Counted from the stretch's first letter, positions 20,523 to 31,376 are shown. The stretch is 64,000 nt of DNA from an uncultured delta proteobacterium (GCA_963745035.1 CAVUVW010000005.1:1-64000), one strand, 5' to 3'. Notes: a model not told the origin generated them from the letters alone. Made by a program: numbers and translations.

Positions 20523-23055
20523 ATGGAAGGCCTGTGGAAACTTTGGGTGTGGCGTCTCGCGTTGCGCGACGGGCGGCGCGGCCTGCGGCCGCTGCTGCTG
20601 TCTATGTCCAGCGTTGTCTTGGCCGTCGCCTCTGTAGTCGCAGTGTTCTCGTTTCGCGAGAACTTGCAGTCGAGCATCCAGACGCAGTCCAAGGGCCTGC
20701 TCGGCGCCGATCTTTCGCTCGACAGCCGCGAAGCGTTTACGCCGGACGACGAAGCGCTCTTTCGTTCCATCGGCGGCGATCAGTCGCGCCAGATCGGCTT
20801 TTCCTCGATGGCTTATTTCTCCCGCAGCGGGGATTCCCGCCTCGTCCAGGTGCGGGCGATCAGCGGCGCATTTCCCTACTACGGCGCGCTGGAAGCCGAG
20901 CCGGCCTATTCGCCGGCCGCTTTTCATGGCGGCCCGAGCGCGTCTGGTCGACGAAAACGTCATGCTGCAATTCAACGCGCGGGTCGGCGATCTCATCAAG
21001 ATCGGCGAGCAGGAGTTTCGCATCGCCGGCAAGCTGCGCAAGATTCCCGGCGAAACCTTGGCGTTTTCCCTGATCAGCCCGCGGATTTACATTCCCCTGC
21101 GCTATCTTGACCAGACCGGCCTGCTGCAAAAAGGCAGCCTTGTGCGCCATCGGGTGTACTTCAAACTGCCCGCCGGCGCGAACGTCGATGCGCTCGTGAG
21201 TAAGCTGCGACCGGATCTGGAACGCTTGCGCCTGCAGGCCGACACCGTCAGCCGGCGTGCAAGGTCCATCGCCGCCTCGACGGAGAATCTCGCGCGCTAT
21301 CTCACCCTCGCGGTTTTTGTCGCCGTGCTTTTGGCCGGGGTCGGCGTCGCCAGCGTGGTGCACGTTTTCGCCAGGATGAAAGCGCGCTCGGTGGCGCTGC
21401 TGCGCTGCATCGGCGCGGACCCCGAAGAAACCGTGTGCGTCTACGTGATCCAGATCCTGCTGCTGGCGCTGGCGAGCTCGATCCTCGGCGCCGCCGCCGG
21501 GATCGCCGCCCAGTATGCGCTGCCGCTTGCGCTCAAAGACTTTTTGCCGGTGAACACGGTGATCACGGTGGCGCCCTCGGCGATCGCCGCCGGCTTGCTC
21601 GTCGGACTTGGCACGGCGCTGCTTTTCGCTTTGATTCCCCTCGTGCCGCTAAGGCGAATTTCTCCTCTGTTGGCGCTGCGTGCCTCATTCGACGCCGAAA
21701 AGCCCGCGCGGGATTGGCTCGTATGGATCTTGTTAGCTCTCGTTGCCGCCGGCATCTGGGGATTCGCCGTCTGGACGACGAGCAAAATTTTGTCGGGATC
21801 TTGGTTTACTTTGGGAGTTCTCGCGGTCTTCGGCGTTCTTTTTGCGCTCGCGCGCGGAGCTTCGATATTGCTGCGCAAGGTTGCGCCCGCTTTTCTATCT
21901 TTTTCCTGGCGCCAGGGGTTGGCGAATTTGCATCGGCCCAACAACCAGACCGCGGCCGTGATGCTGGCGATCGGCCTGGGCACTTTCCTGCTGGTGACGC
22001 TTTACAGCGCGCAGCACATGCTGGTTGCACAAGTGGCTGGGCGCGCCGGCGCCGGCGAGCCCAATCTTGTGCTCTTCGATGTGCAGAGAAATCAGCGTCA
22101 AGGCATCGCCGAGTTGGTCCGGTCGCACGGGCTGGCGCTGCGCGAGGAGGTGCCGATCGTCACCATGCGCCTCGCGCGCGTGAAAGACAAAAGCGTCCAG
22201 GAGCTGCGCGCCGAGGCGAAAATTTCATCCTGGGCGCTGCGCCGCGAGTATCGTTCGACGTATCGGAGCGAGTTGACCGACACCGAGGAAATCGTCGCGG
22301 GGCAGTGGCAAGGAAGGGCGACGGGCGAGAGCGAGCCGATTCCCATCTCCATAGAGCAGGGCATCGCGGAAACTCTGCGCGTCGACGTCGGCGATGAGTT
22401 GGAATTCGAGATTCAAGGCGTGCCGCTGTCGACGCGGATTGTGAGCGTGCGCAAGGTCGATTGGCAGCGCGTGCAGCCCAACTTCTTCGTGGTTTTTCCC
22501 GCAGGCGTGCTCGAAAGCGCGCCGCAGTTTTTCGCCGTGGTCGCGCGCGCGGAATCGGCGCAGGCCGCCGCCGACCTGCAGCGCGGCGTCGTCGAGCGTT
22601 TTCCCAACGTCTCGGCCATCGACTTGAGTTTGATTCTCAATACGCTCCAGTCGATCCTCTCCAAAGTTTCCGCCGCCATGCGCTTCATCGCGCTTTTCAC
22701 CGTCATTACCGGCTTCGCCGTGCTCGCCAGCGCCGTGCTCGGCAGCCGCTCACAGCGCCTGCGGGAGAGCATTCTGCTGAGAACTCTGGGCGCGCCGCGA
22801 GCGCAGATCCTCGGTGTCGTGGCGGCGGAGTATTTGCTGCTCGGTGCCACCGCCGGCGTCGCGGGCGCCGCGCTCGGCGTCGGAGCGACATGGGGATTGA
22901 GTCTCTATTTTTTCAGCGCGCCGGCGGCGATCGCGCCGGGCCCGGTTTTGACGATTCTTGCGCTGGTGACTGTCGCCACGGTAATCGCCGGCGCAGCCGG
23001 CTGCTGGGGCATTTTCCGGCGCTCGCCGCTGGAAGCGCTCCGCGCCGAAGCGTAG
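20523..23055 (+). CDS. ybbP: FtsX-like ABC permease (YbbP-like; frameshift near 20935)
   Basis: LALRDGRR, LLGADL, AFPYYG, PNLVLFDVQ, VDWQRVQPNFFVVF; tesA-ybbA-ybbP context. Confidence 0.88.
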
Positions 23056-23123
23056 AAAAAAGGGCTTCCCAACGAAAGTGATTCATGAGCTTACGCTCGC
23101 CTACGGGTGCTGAAAATGCGTTG

Positions 23124-23201
23124 GAAAGATTCCTCACGTCCGTTCGGAATTGACAACAACACACCTGTCATTTCGAACTGATAAATCGTGAGAAATCTTT
23201 C
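23124..23201. repeat. REP-like palindromic element (family A, second copy)
   Basis: gaaagattcctcacgtccgttcggaattgaca...tgtcatttcgaac...gtgagaaatctttc. Confidence 0.7.
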
Positions 23202-23290
23202 TCTACTTGTTATTCTCACGGAAGTCGCGAAGAGCGCGAAGATCTCGACGAAATTCAAACCGCAGATTTTCTATCAACGAGGAACAAGCG

Positions 23291-25837
23291 ATGGCACAAG
23301 CAAAACCGCACAGATTGCCGACGACCATTGTCCCGGAACGCTATGAGTTGTTCCTGGCGCCGGATCTGGTGAACTGGACTTTCAGCGGCAAGGAGAAAAT
23401 TTCCGTCCACGTCATCGAGCCGGTGCGCGAAATCGTTCTCAATGCCGCCGAGCTTGACCTGCGCGCCGTTTGCCTGCGCCGCGCCGGTGGTGAAGTTTTG
23501 CAGGGAAGCGCGCGTCTGGATGCAGAAAACGAGCAGGCGGCGCTGACTTTCGGCGCGCCGGTGCCGGCGGGCCGCCACGAGTTGGAGATCGAGTTCTCGG
23601 GCGTTTTGAACGACAAGCTGCACGGTTTTTATCGCAGCACATACAAAGATTCGCACGGCGAGGAGAAGCGGCTCGCCTCCACGCAGTTCGAATCGACGGA
23701 CGCGCGCCGGGCTTTTCCCTGCTGGGATGAGCCGGCCTTCAAAGCCGTTTATCAGGTCACGCTTTTGGTCGACGAAAAGCTTACCGCCATTTCGAATGCT
23801 CGGGTAGTTGGTGAAACCGCTCTACCAGAGAGTGGGAAGAAGAAAGTCGTCTTTGCCGACACGATCAAGATGTCGACCTATCTGGTGGCTTTCATCGTCG
23901 GCGAGTTCGAGGCCGGAGAGCCGGTCATGGCCGGTGGCGCGCCGCTGCGCGTTTGGGCGGTGCCGGGAAAGAAGTCGCTGGGCGGTTTCGCGGCCGAAAT
24001 CGGCAAGGCGTCGCTGGAGCATTTCAGCCGCTACTACGACATTCCCTATCCGGGCGACAAATTGGATTTGATCGCGATCCCGGATTTTGCGTCCGGCGCT
24101 ATGGAAAATCTCGGCGCGATCACCTTTCGCGAGACCGCGCTGCTGGTCGATCGCGAGAAAGCCACGCGCACGGAGCTCGAAAGAGTGGCGGACGTGGTGG
24201 CGCACGAGAACGCCCACATGTGGTTCGGTGATCTGGTGACGATGAAGTGGTGGAACGGTTTGTGGCTCAACGAGGCGTTTGCGACGTTCATGGAAATGCT
24301 CGCGGTGGACGCGTGGAAGCCGGAATGGCGGCGCTGGGATAGCTTTACTGTGTCGCGCGCCGCCGCCATGCAGGTCGACGGTCTTAAAAGCACCCGGCCC
24401 ATCGAGTTTCCGGTGGAGCGGCCGGAAGAAGCGGCCGGCATGTTCGACGTGTTGACCTACGAGAAAGGCGCCTCGGTGCTGCGCATGCTGGAACAGTATC
24501 TCGGCGCCGACAAGTTCCGCGACGGCATCCGTCTGTATCTCAAGCGCCATGCCTACGACAACGCCGAGACCACCGATCTCTGGGATGCCATCGAAGATTC
24601 GACCAAGCAGCCGGTGCGCTCGCTCATGGACACCTGGATTTTTCAGCCCGGTTACCCGATGATCGGCGTTGCGCAAGAAGGCAAGAGCATTCGGCTGACC
24701 CAGGAAATTTTTCGCTACCTGCAGGACGGCTCGGACCGCGAGCGCAAGTGGCATGCGCCGATCTTTCTCCGTGCCGGGACCAAGGCGGGGATCGTCAGCA
24801 AAACCTTGCTCCTGACTGAGCGCGAGCAGCGCATCGAACTGGACGAAGCGCCGCAATGGGTGGTGATCAACGCCGGGGCGCACGGGTTTTATCGAGTACG
24901 CTACGATAGCAATCTGCTCGACGCTCTCAAGCAGGATCTGCAAACCCGGCTCTCGGCGGTGGAACGCTTCACCCTGGTAAACGACACGTGGGCCGCGACT
25001 CTTGCAGGGCTGACCCCTCTGGAGGATTATCTCGGTTTGATCGAGCTTTTGCGCGAAGAAGACGACGTTAACGTGTGGACGACGGTGATCGGCTCGGTGC
25101 ATCATCTCGAGCGAATTCTCGATGACGCCCGATGCCGAATATTAGAGCAGCGCTCGCGCGCGCTGCTCGCTCCAGTGGTGGAGCGCTTGGGCTGGGCGCC
25201 CAAGCCGGGCGAGAGCGAGTTGACGAGCCAGCTGCGCGGCGATTTGATCGGCGCGCTCGGCACCGTCGCCAACGACCGGGCCTGCCAAGAGCGCGCCAGG
25301 AAATTGTTCCAGCAGTATGAAAACTCGCCCGACAGCGTGGATCGCAATCTGATTCCAGCGTTGGTGGCGATCATCGCGCACACGGGCGGGCGAGAGGATT
25401 ACGAAAAATTTTACGCCAAATTCAAAACCGCCAAGACGCCTCAGGAAGAAACCCGTTATCTGTTCGCCCTTGCCGGCTTTCGGGTGCAGGCGTTGATCGC
25501 GCGCACCCTGGAGCTCACGATCAACGGAGAAGTGCGGACGCAGAATGCGCCGTACCTGATGCGCGGTATTTTGCTGAACGAGCAGGCGCGCGAGAAAGCG
25601 TGGGCTTTCATGAAAGCGCGCTGGGAAGAGATGCTGCGGCTGTATCCGGACAACGCGATCCCGCGCATGTGCGAAGGCATCGTCGGCCTAGTTACCCCGG
25701 AATTCGAGGCGGATGTGCGTGAATTTTTCGCCAAGCATCCGGTGAAGCAAGGCGCCAAACAGATCGAGCAGCATCTGGAGCGGCTGCGCGTGGCGGTCTT
25801 GTGCCAGGAGCGGTGGAAGGTTGTGTTGCGAGCTTAA
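23291..25837 (+). CDS. pepN: M1 family zinc aminopeptidase (puromycin-sensitive/ERAP1-like C-terminus)
   Basis: TQFESTDARRAFPCWDEP, GAMEN, HENAH-x18-E, YEKG. Confidence 0.93.
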   Translation: MAQAKPHRLPTTIVPERYELFLAPDLVNWTFSGKEKISVHVIEPVREIVLNAAELDLRAVCLRRAGGEVLQGSARLDAENEQAALTFGAPVPAGRHELEIEFSGVLNDKLHGFYRSTYKDSHGEEKRLASTQFESTDARRAFPCWDEPAFKAVYQVTLLVDEKLTAISNARVVGETALPESGKKKVVFADTIKMSTYLVAFIVGEFEAGEPVMAGGAPLRVWAVPGKKSLGGFAAEIGKASLEHFSRYYDIPYPGDKLDLIAIPDFASGAMENLGAITFRETALLVDREKATRTELERVADVVAHENAHMWFGDLVTMKWWNGLWLNEAFATFMEMLAVDAWKPEWRRWDSFTVSRAAAMQVDGLKSTRPIEFPVERPEEAAGMFDVLTYEKGASVLRMLEQYLGADKFRDGIRLYLKRHAYDNAETTDLWDAIEDSTKQPVRSLMDTWIFQPGYPMIGVAQEGKSIRLTQEIFRYLQDGSDRERKWHAPIFLRAGTKAGIVSKTLLLTEREQRIELDEAPQWVVINAGAHGFYRVRYDSNLLDALKQDLQTRLSAVERFTLVNDTWAATLAGLTPLEDYLGLIELLREEDDVNVWTTVIGSVHHLERILDDARCRILEQRSRALLAPVVERLGWAPKPGESELTSQLRGDLIGALGTVANDRACQERARKLFQQYENSPDSVDRNLIPALVAIIAHTGGREDYEKFYAKFKTAKTPQEETRYLFALAGFRVQALIARTLELTINGEVRTQNAPYLMRGILLNEQAREKAWAFMKARWEEMLRLYPDNAIPRMCEGIVGLVTPEFEADVREFFAKHPVKQGAKQIEQHLERLRVAVLCQERWKVVLRA

Positions 25838-25880
25838 CGTCCAGGGATGGTCCCCGGTCCTTTCAGGCCAAGCGAAATTC

Positions 25881-25956
25881 CGTCATGCCGCGAGGGACAT
25901 CCAGTTGCGCGGACGGGAAACCCAAAATCCTGGATTTCCGCCCTCGCGGGAATGAG
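25881..25956. repeat. Palindromic element (family B, second copy)
   Basis: cgtcatgccgcgagggacatccag...ctggatttccgccctcgcgggaatga, between convergent genes. Confidence 0.55.
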
Positions 25957-26041
25957 TGCGTCCATGAAGGCACCACATCGGCATGGTGTAAGTTCACGAC
26001 GGAGGAAGTCACAAACTCCGTAGCCGAAGGCGACTGGCGGA

Positions 26042-27208
26042 TCAGAAGCGCTCTTGATCGACCTTCAGTCCCAGCGCATGTTTTCCGATCAATTCGTAGT
26101 GGGCAAGGCGGGCTTGGGTATGCTGGCTGATCACGTGAATGTCCTGAAAGCAGCGCTGGATCGGGTTCCCTTCGAAGATCGATGTAACGCCGCAAGCGTT
26201 GTATACGGAATCGACGACCTCCACCGAGAGCCTAATCGCGTGAGTCGTAGCCAGACGGAGGACAGCGCGGCGGTTCGAGCCAATGCCGCCGGTGGACACC
26301 GCCTCGCTCCAAATGTCGCGCACCGACTCGAGCAAAAAGGCGCGCGCCGATCGTAGTTGAGCTTCGCTCCGGCCGACGGTCGCTTGGATCGTCGGTTGAT
26401 CGCGCAGCGCGGCCTGCATCGAGCGAGGCGTTTTAGCGCCGGCTAGCTCAAAAAACGCATCGAGGCATGCGCGCGCTGTTCCTAACGCCACCGCGGCGTC
26501 TCCCGAGGCAAACAGCAATCTTCGTGGGAATTGATAGAGCGGTCCGCTCTCGAAGAGCGGAGATCCGGCCTGAAGAACCGTTCTTTCGGCGGGGACGAAG
26601 ACATCCTTCACGACAAAGTGATGGGTCCCGGTGCCGCGCATGCCGCGCACGTTCCACGTGTCCAGGATCTCGGCCTCGGCAGCGGGCACAAACAGATAGC
26701 GCTCCTCGGGCCGGCCGTTTGTGATTTTCGGTTGGCCGTTTTCCTGGACGATGCCGCGTGCTCCCAACCAAGCCGCATGCCGGCAACCCGAGCTGAAGCC
26801 CTGCCGACCATTGACTCGATAACCACCCGGAACGGGAACAACCTGGGCCGTCGCCACCGGAGTATTGGCGACGATGCTGTGCGGCGTGTCGATCCAGATG
26901 AGCCGAGCGATATCCCGCGGCATGCGCGCCGAGTAAGTAGCGAAGACCGCGCACTGATTGACGACCCAGGCGGTGCTCGCGTCGGCTTTGCCGAGCTCTT
27001 CGAGTATTTGCACATAGGTAGGGAGGTCGATCTCGACGCCGCCGACGGCGCGCGGAATCAACAGCTTGAAAAAACCGGCACCGGCCAACGCCTCGAAAAG
27101 CGGCCCCGGCAGCTCCCGCTCCTTCTCGATCCGATCGGCGCAGGAGCGGATCGTCGGAGCCATCTCGCGCGCGGCGTCGAGCGGCGATGGAAATTCTCCG
27201 GTGGCCAT
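26042..27208 (-). CDS. Acyl-CoA-dehydrogenase-fold flavin-dependent monooxygenase (HsaA/C2-HpaH-like)
   Basis: ADASTAW, GFSSGCRHA, DTWNVRGMRGTGT, IQRCFQDIHVISQH. Confidence 0.85.
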   Translation of the reverse strand: MATGEFPSPLDAAREMAPTIRSCADRIEKERELPGPLFEALAGAGFFKLLIPRAVGGVEIDLPTYVQILEELGKADASTAWVVNQCAVFATYSARMPRDIARLIWIDTPHSIVANTPVATAQVVPVPGGYRVNGRQGFSSGCRHAAWLGARGIVQENGQPKITNGRPEERYLFVPAAEAEILDTWNVRGMRGTGTHHFVVKDVFVPAERTVLQAGSPLFESGPLYQFPRRLLFASGDAAVALGTARACLDAFFELAGAKTPRSMQAALRDQPTIQATVGRSEAQLRSARAFLLESVRDIWSEAVSTGGIGSNRRAVLRLATTHAIRLSVEVVDSVYNACGVTSIFEGNPIQRCFQDIHVISQHTQARLAHYELIGKHALGLKVDQERF

Positions 27209-27301
27209 GGTCTGACTCAGTTCAAGCAGGCTTGTTATTGCCGTTTCGGCACCGAAACCAAAACACGCTGATTGGGATCATTCGGCTCTCCGGCGGCGGT
27301 G

Positions 27302-28010
27302 TTAAGAAACTCTCTGCATCGCTCGGGCCATGCCGCCGAAATAGACGCGGTGGATGTCCATCGAATCCGTCGCGGTCGTGATCACGTCGTGCTCCCGCCC
27401 CGGCGCGACATACTTTTCCAGAACGTCGATGAACATGTCCGAGTGCTTCACGTCGGCCTTGCTGTGCGCGGTGAAGTTGGGCATCTGGGCGGCGCTGAAA
27501 TTTAAATCGCGCGACCAAATCTTGTAGAGCCGGCTGCAGTTGCCGCCGCCGATGTCGCCCAACAGCCGATCGTCATTGGTCCACTCGGCGATGGTCGACG
27601 CCGCGATGGCTTCCTGCCACGGACGGGTACGCGCGATCCAAAACCACGCGTACATGGCCGATTTGGTGCTGGGCAACGGCTCGGCGTTCATGACCTCGTC
27701 CACGCTCAACCCGACTTCTTTTCCCTGACGTACGATGAGATCCATGTGGCCGATCTTGGAATGCTCGTCTTCGACCAGCTCCTCGTACTCGTGCTCCAAG
27801 ATCCGTTGCTTGACCTCGAACTCCGGGCAGTTTGCCGCCACCTGGGGCCAATTGTTGCGCCGCTGGCGCGCATAGAGACCGAGCTGGCGCAGATAGATGC
27901 GCGCGCGCTCCGGGGTCATTTTCATCGCGTAGAAGTCTTCCATCTCGGGCGTGCGAAAGAAGTCTCTGACACACTTCACCGAGCGCTTGGCGCCATTGTT
28001 GTGCGTTCAT
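27302..28010 (-). CDS. Heme-oxygenase-like di-iron (PqqC/CADD/TenA-fold) redox enzyme
   Basis: Candidate iron ligands ILEHEYEE...GH, E in IAEW, and HSKADVKH. N-terminus MNAQQWRQALGE joins via a frameshift. Confidence 0.78.
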
Positions 28011-28086
28011 CAATTACCTCCTCAATTTGCGCCAGAAGGGGCCGGGCGCCGCCGGTCGCCCCTATATGCTTTTTGGCGGCCATATC

Positions 28087-29049
28087 TCACCTTACCGCCT
28101 TGGCGAAAGCTTTCTCGATGAAGCCGTCCTTGGCGAGTTTATCGACGACACTATTATCGATGACCTTGGGAGTGAGCGTTTCGGCGTCGATGCCTTTGAC
28201 CGGCTCGAACTCTAAGACCGTAGCGACGTTTCGCGTATCGACCCGCGGTGTCTTTTCTGTGAACCGAGTGACGAGCCGATAGGTCTCGTCGAGAAACTCC
28301 GGATCGCTGCGCTTGAAATATTTTGCCAGCACCTTGAGGGTCGTCGCTTTGTCATGATTCATCGCGGCGACGGCTTCGATATAGGCCTTGACCGCGCGCT
28401 CTACGGTGTCCGGATGCTTTTGTAGAAACTCCCTGGTGATCGCCATGACGTTCATGGCAAAGGGGATGTCCAGATCGAAGGCATTCAAGAGCGCTCGCGA
28501 GGGCGCAGCGGGTTTGACTCCGGTGACGATGCCGGCAACCTGCTTCTGCTCGAAAGCCGCCTGCATTTCCGGCGTGCCGCCGAGCGGCCGCATGGCGGCG
28601 GATTTCTCCAGCCCGAGCTTGCGCAGGATCAAAGTCGTCACGGTATGGCCGGTGGAGTTGAAGCGCGAGATGCCCAGAGTTTGGCCTTTGAGCTGATCGG
28701 CGCGGGTGATCTCGGGCTGGACATAGAGGGTCATGGCGGGGCGGTTGGTCATCGCCGCGACCGCCAGCACGGGCGCGCCGCGCGCCGCGGCCAACACGAC
28801 GCCGCTGATCCCGGGAGCGCTCACGTCGAGGCTGCCGCCGAGAAGCGCCTGGATATTCGTTCCGCTAGAGGGAATATAAATGAGCTGCACGTCCAGGCCG
28901 TATTTCTTGAAAGCGCCGGTCTCGTGGGCCATCCACACGCCCGCCACAGTGGGGCCGACTACGGAGTAGGACAAGCGCAGCGCAGCGGCCGAGGCCTCGG
29001 CGATGAAACAAACCCAGAGCAGGCCAATCAAAGAAAACAGCGTTTTCAT
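28087..29049 (-). CDS. ABC substrate-binding protein, NitT/TauT family
   Basis: Signal peptide MKTLFSLIGLL, AHETGAFKKYGLDVQL, LKGQTLGISRFNS. Confidence 0.85.
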   Translation of the reverse strand: MKTLFSLIGLLWVCFIAEASAAALRLSYSVVGPTVAGVWMAHETGAFKKYGLDVQLIYIPSSGTNIQALLGGSLDVSAPGISGVVLAAARGAPVLAVAAMTNRPAMTLYVQPEITRADQLKGQTLGISRFNSTGHTVTTLILRKLGLEKSAAMRPLGGTPEMQAAFEQKQVAGIVTGVKPAAPSRALLNAFDLDIPFAMNVMAITREFLQKHPDTVERAVKAYIEAVAAMNHDKATTLKVLAKYFKRSDPEFLDETYRLVTRFTEKTPRVDTRNVATVLEFEPVKGIDAETLTPKVIDNSVVDKLAKDGFIEKAFAKAVR

Positions 29050-29340
29050 GCGACGACAAATTACGCGTTTCGATGAGACGGTCAAGAGCCGAAATAGGCA
29101 CGCCGCGAGATAACAAGAATAGGCGTCAGGCGTGAAGCAGTAGGTATAGTCGGAAAAACGACTTTCGTCCGGCGTGGGCAATATTGTGCGTCGAAAGATT
29201 GTCCTATTGTCCAATCGAAGCCAGTTACGCAATTTGGTACGGCGGCAAATCACGAACTCCAGTCTCCATGTTGTCAGAAAAGAGCCGGATTGCGCACCTT
29301 TTGGCCGAGCGATCGGAATCCCGAGAACCCTCGCCGCGAA

Positions 29341-29355
29341 TGGCAAAAGGCTTGC
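29341..29355 (+). promoter_or_regulatory. Putative sigma54 (-24/-12) promoter
   Basis: TGGCAAAAGGCTTGC, i.e. GG-N10-GC with TTGC, 35 nt before an ATG that has a GGAGG RBS. Confidence 0.6.
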
Positions 29356-29390
29356 GTTGGAACGGCGCGAATATCTGTGTGGAGGGAATC

Positions 29391-29792
29391 ATGAAAACAT
29401 TTGTCGTCGCTTTTCTCCTCCTTTACGTAGCCGGCCTTTTTGAGCCTCTCTCCTTGCGCGGCAACGAGTTCAGAGAGCGAGAAGCAAAAATCGCGCAGTA
29501 TAGAAAATGGCTCGATACCCTGGGACCTCAAGGCTCTCAATACTGGACGCGCCTCGAGTCGGGAAAGCGGCCCCATCGGTTGTATCTCGGGGAAGCTTTC
29601 TATCGCGCGGACCTGCACAGCCAAGAGCGTTTCGTGGACACGTTTTCGAACTATCTGGCGGGGCACCCGGAGAAATTCATGCTGATCGATCTTTTCGATG
29701 CCCAGACCAACAAATCCGTGGGCGAGTATGGATTCGGCGGCTTCAAGCTTTACGCCAAGCCGGTGCGAACGGCGGAAGGGCCGCAAAAATAG
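29391..29792 (+). CDS. Hypothetical exported protein
   Basis: GGAGG RBS, hydrophobic N-terminus MKTFVVAFLLLYVAG, 133 aa. Confidence 0.7.
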   Translation: MKTFVVAFLLLYVAGLFEPLSLRGNEFREREAKIAQYRKWLDTLGPQGSQYWTRLESGKRPHRLYLGEAFYRADLHSQERFVDTFSNYLAGHPEKFMLIDLFDAQTNKSVGEYGFGGFKLYAKPVRTAEGPQK

Positions 29793-29840
29793 TTTAGTGT
29801 CTTCGTTGCTCATTCGACGCTTTTTCGGGGGTACATTTTG

Positions 29841-30260
29841 ATGAATTCAACGGCCATCGAGTCAGACTACTCAACTTATTCGCTTTCACAGTTATTTAAG
29901 GCGCGTTATTGGATCGAGAGCGGGGGCAACTCGCTCGAAGAAGAGATTCAAACGCGCTGCGCGCACATTCGCGAGCGAATCAACGGCAGACGGTTTTCCG
30001 CCGCCGGGTCGAGTGATCGCTTCAAGCCCTATGGCCTTAGATTCGGCGTTACGTTTTTATTATTTTCCGTCGGGCCCTTTGTGGCTGTTCTGTTCCTCGA
30101 CCTGATAAACGTCGTGAACGACGTTACCGGGGATAACGGAAGCTTGTCAGGCGTGTGGGCGCTCCTCACGCTTCCAGTCATGGTCATCGTCTTTTTGATC
30201 GGCAGCATGATGGATGCGGAGCGTATCGTAAAATGGTTTGCTCTCGCTGGTCGATCGTGA
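29841..30260 (+). CDS. Hypothetical membrane protein (2 TM)
   Basis: Two hydrophobic helices (FGVTFLLFSVGPFVAVLFL; VWALLTLPVMVIVFLIG). Confidence 0.6.
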   Translation: MNSTAIESDYSTYSLSQLFKARYWIESGGNSLEEEIQTRCAHIRERINGRRFSAAGSSDRFKPYGLRFGVTFLLFSVGPFVAVLFLDLINVVNDVTGDNGSLSGVWALLTLPVMVIVFLIGSMMDAERIVKWFALAGRS

Positions 30261-30353
30261 GGATAGGCAGGAGGCGCGGGGCAACAGGCAAATAACAGCA
30301 ACGCAACGTTCAGATCATTTCACATAGCTTGCCCTTGAATTCGACCGAACAGC

Positions 30354-31376
30354 TCACTTGTACGCTACCGCCGCGCTCGCGGGACCGCGCAGCGGGATCA
30401 CCTCGGTCCGACGAAAACCTACCTTGCGACACCATCCGTCGAAGTCCCGGCCCGTAAAATCAAACGCTTCGCCAAACTCGATCAGCATATTGAGCGACAT
30501 CAAAAGGCCGAAGGCGTTGCTGCGTCGCTCGTCATCAATGATGTTTTCGATGGCCGCGAAAGCACCGCCGCTTGGCAGGGCGTCGTATGCGGCCTGAATG
30601 AGCTGCATCTTCTTCTCCAGATTCCAGTCGTGCAGTATCATGCCCATGGTGATCACGTCCGCCTTGGGGAATGGTTCACGGAAGAAATCCACCGGCGCCG
30701 CGGTGATCCGTCCGCTGAGGCCGTGCGCCTCGATGGTCTTGCGCGCGATCGGCACCACCGCCGGAAGATCGCACGTCGTGCATGTCATGTGCGGGTGGCG
30801 GCGGGCCACGAAAATCGATAGCTGGCCGGCTGCGCCGCCTATGTCACACATGGTCTTGTAAGGAGCGAAGTCAAACTTCTCGGCGAAGGTCTCGAAGTTC
30901 GCGAGCGAGATGCCGGCCATCGCGTGCACGAACTGCTCGAGCCGCTGCGGATCACGATAAAGCTCTTCGAACATTCCTGCGCCGCCGTGCTTCATCTCGT
31001 TCTGCGGTTGACCGGTCTTGAGCGCTTCGGTGAGGCCGCCCCAGAATGGGTAAAGCCGCGCGTTCGCCATGTCGAAAAAACCGCCGATGTACGCGCTGCT
31101 GTTACGGTCAAGAAAGTGCGCTGACTCGTCGGTGTTGCGGTATTGCGCCGCCTCGCCCTCGCCATTACGCGCCAGCACATCCAGAGCGACGAGGGTGTCG
31201 AGCAAGTCGGCGACGCCGCGCGGGTGAAGTCCGAGCTCGTGCTGAAGCTGGCGCGCCGTTAAGGTTTTGTCGCTCAAGGCGGTGAACACGCCCAGCTCGA
31301 CGGCCGATAGCAAGGTCTTTGCCGGCCAGAAACCCATTCCGATCTGCATCAAGCGGCCGGGGTCACGTAGAGTCAT
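30354..31376 (-). CDS. SAM-dependent O-methyltransferase (dimerisation + Methyltransf_2)
   Basis: LLSAVELGVF, DIGGAAG, DFFREPFPKAD, ILHDW. Confidence 0.92.
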   Translation of the reverse strand: MTLRDPGRLMQIGMGFWPAKTLLSAVELGVFTALSDKTLTARQLQHELGLHPRGVADLLDTLVALDVLARNGEGEAAQYRNTDESAHFLDRNSSAYIGGFFDMANARLYPFWGGLTEALKTGQPQNEMKHGGAGMFEELYRDPQRLEQFVHAMAGISLANFETFAEKFDFAPYKTMCDIGGAAGQLSIFVARRHPHMTCTTCDLPAVVPIARKTIEAHGLSGRITAAPVDFFREPFPKADVITMGMILHDWNLEKKMQLIQAAYDALPSGGAFAAIENIIDDERRSNAFGLLMSLNMLIEFGEAFDFTGRDFDGWCRKVGFRRTEVIPLRGPASAAVAYK

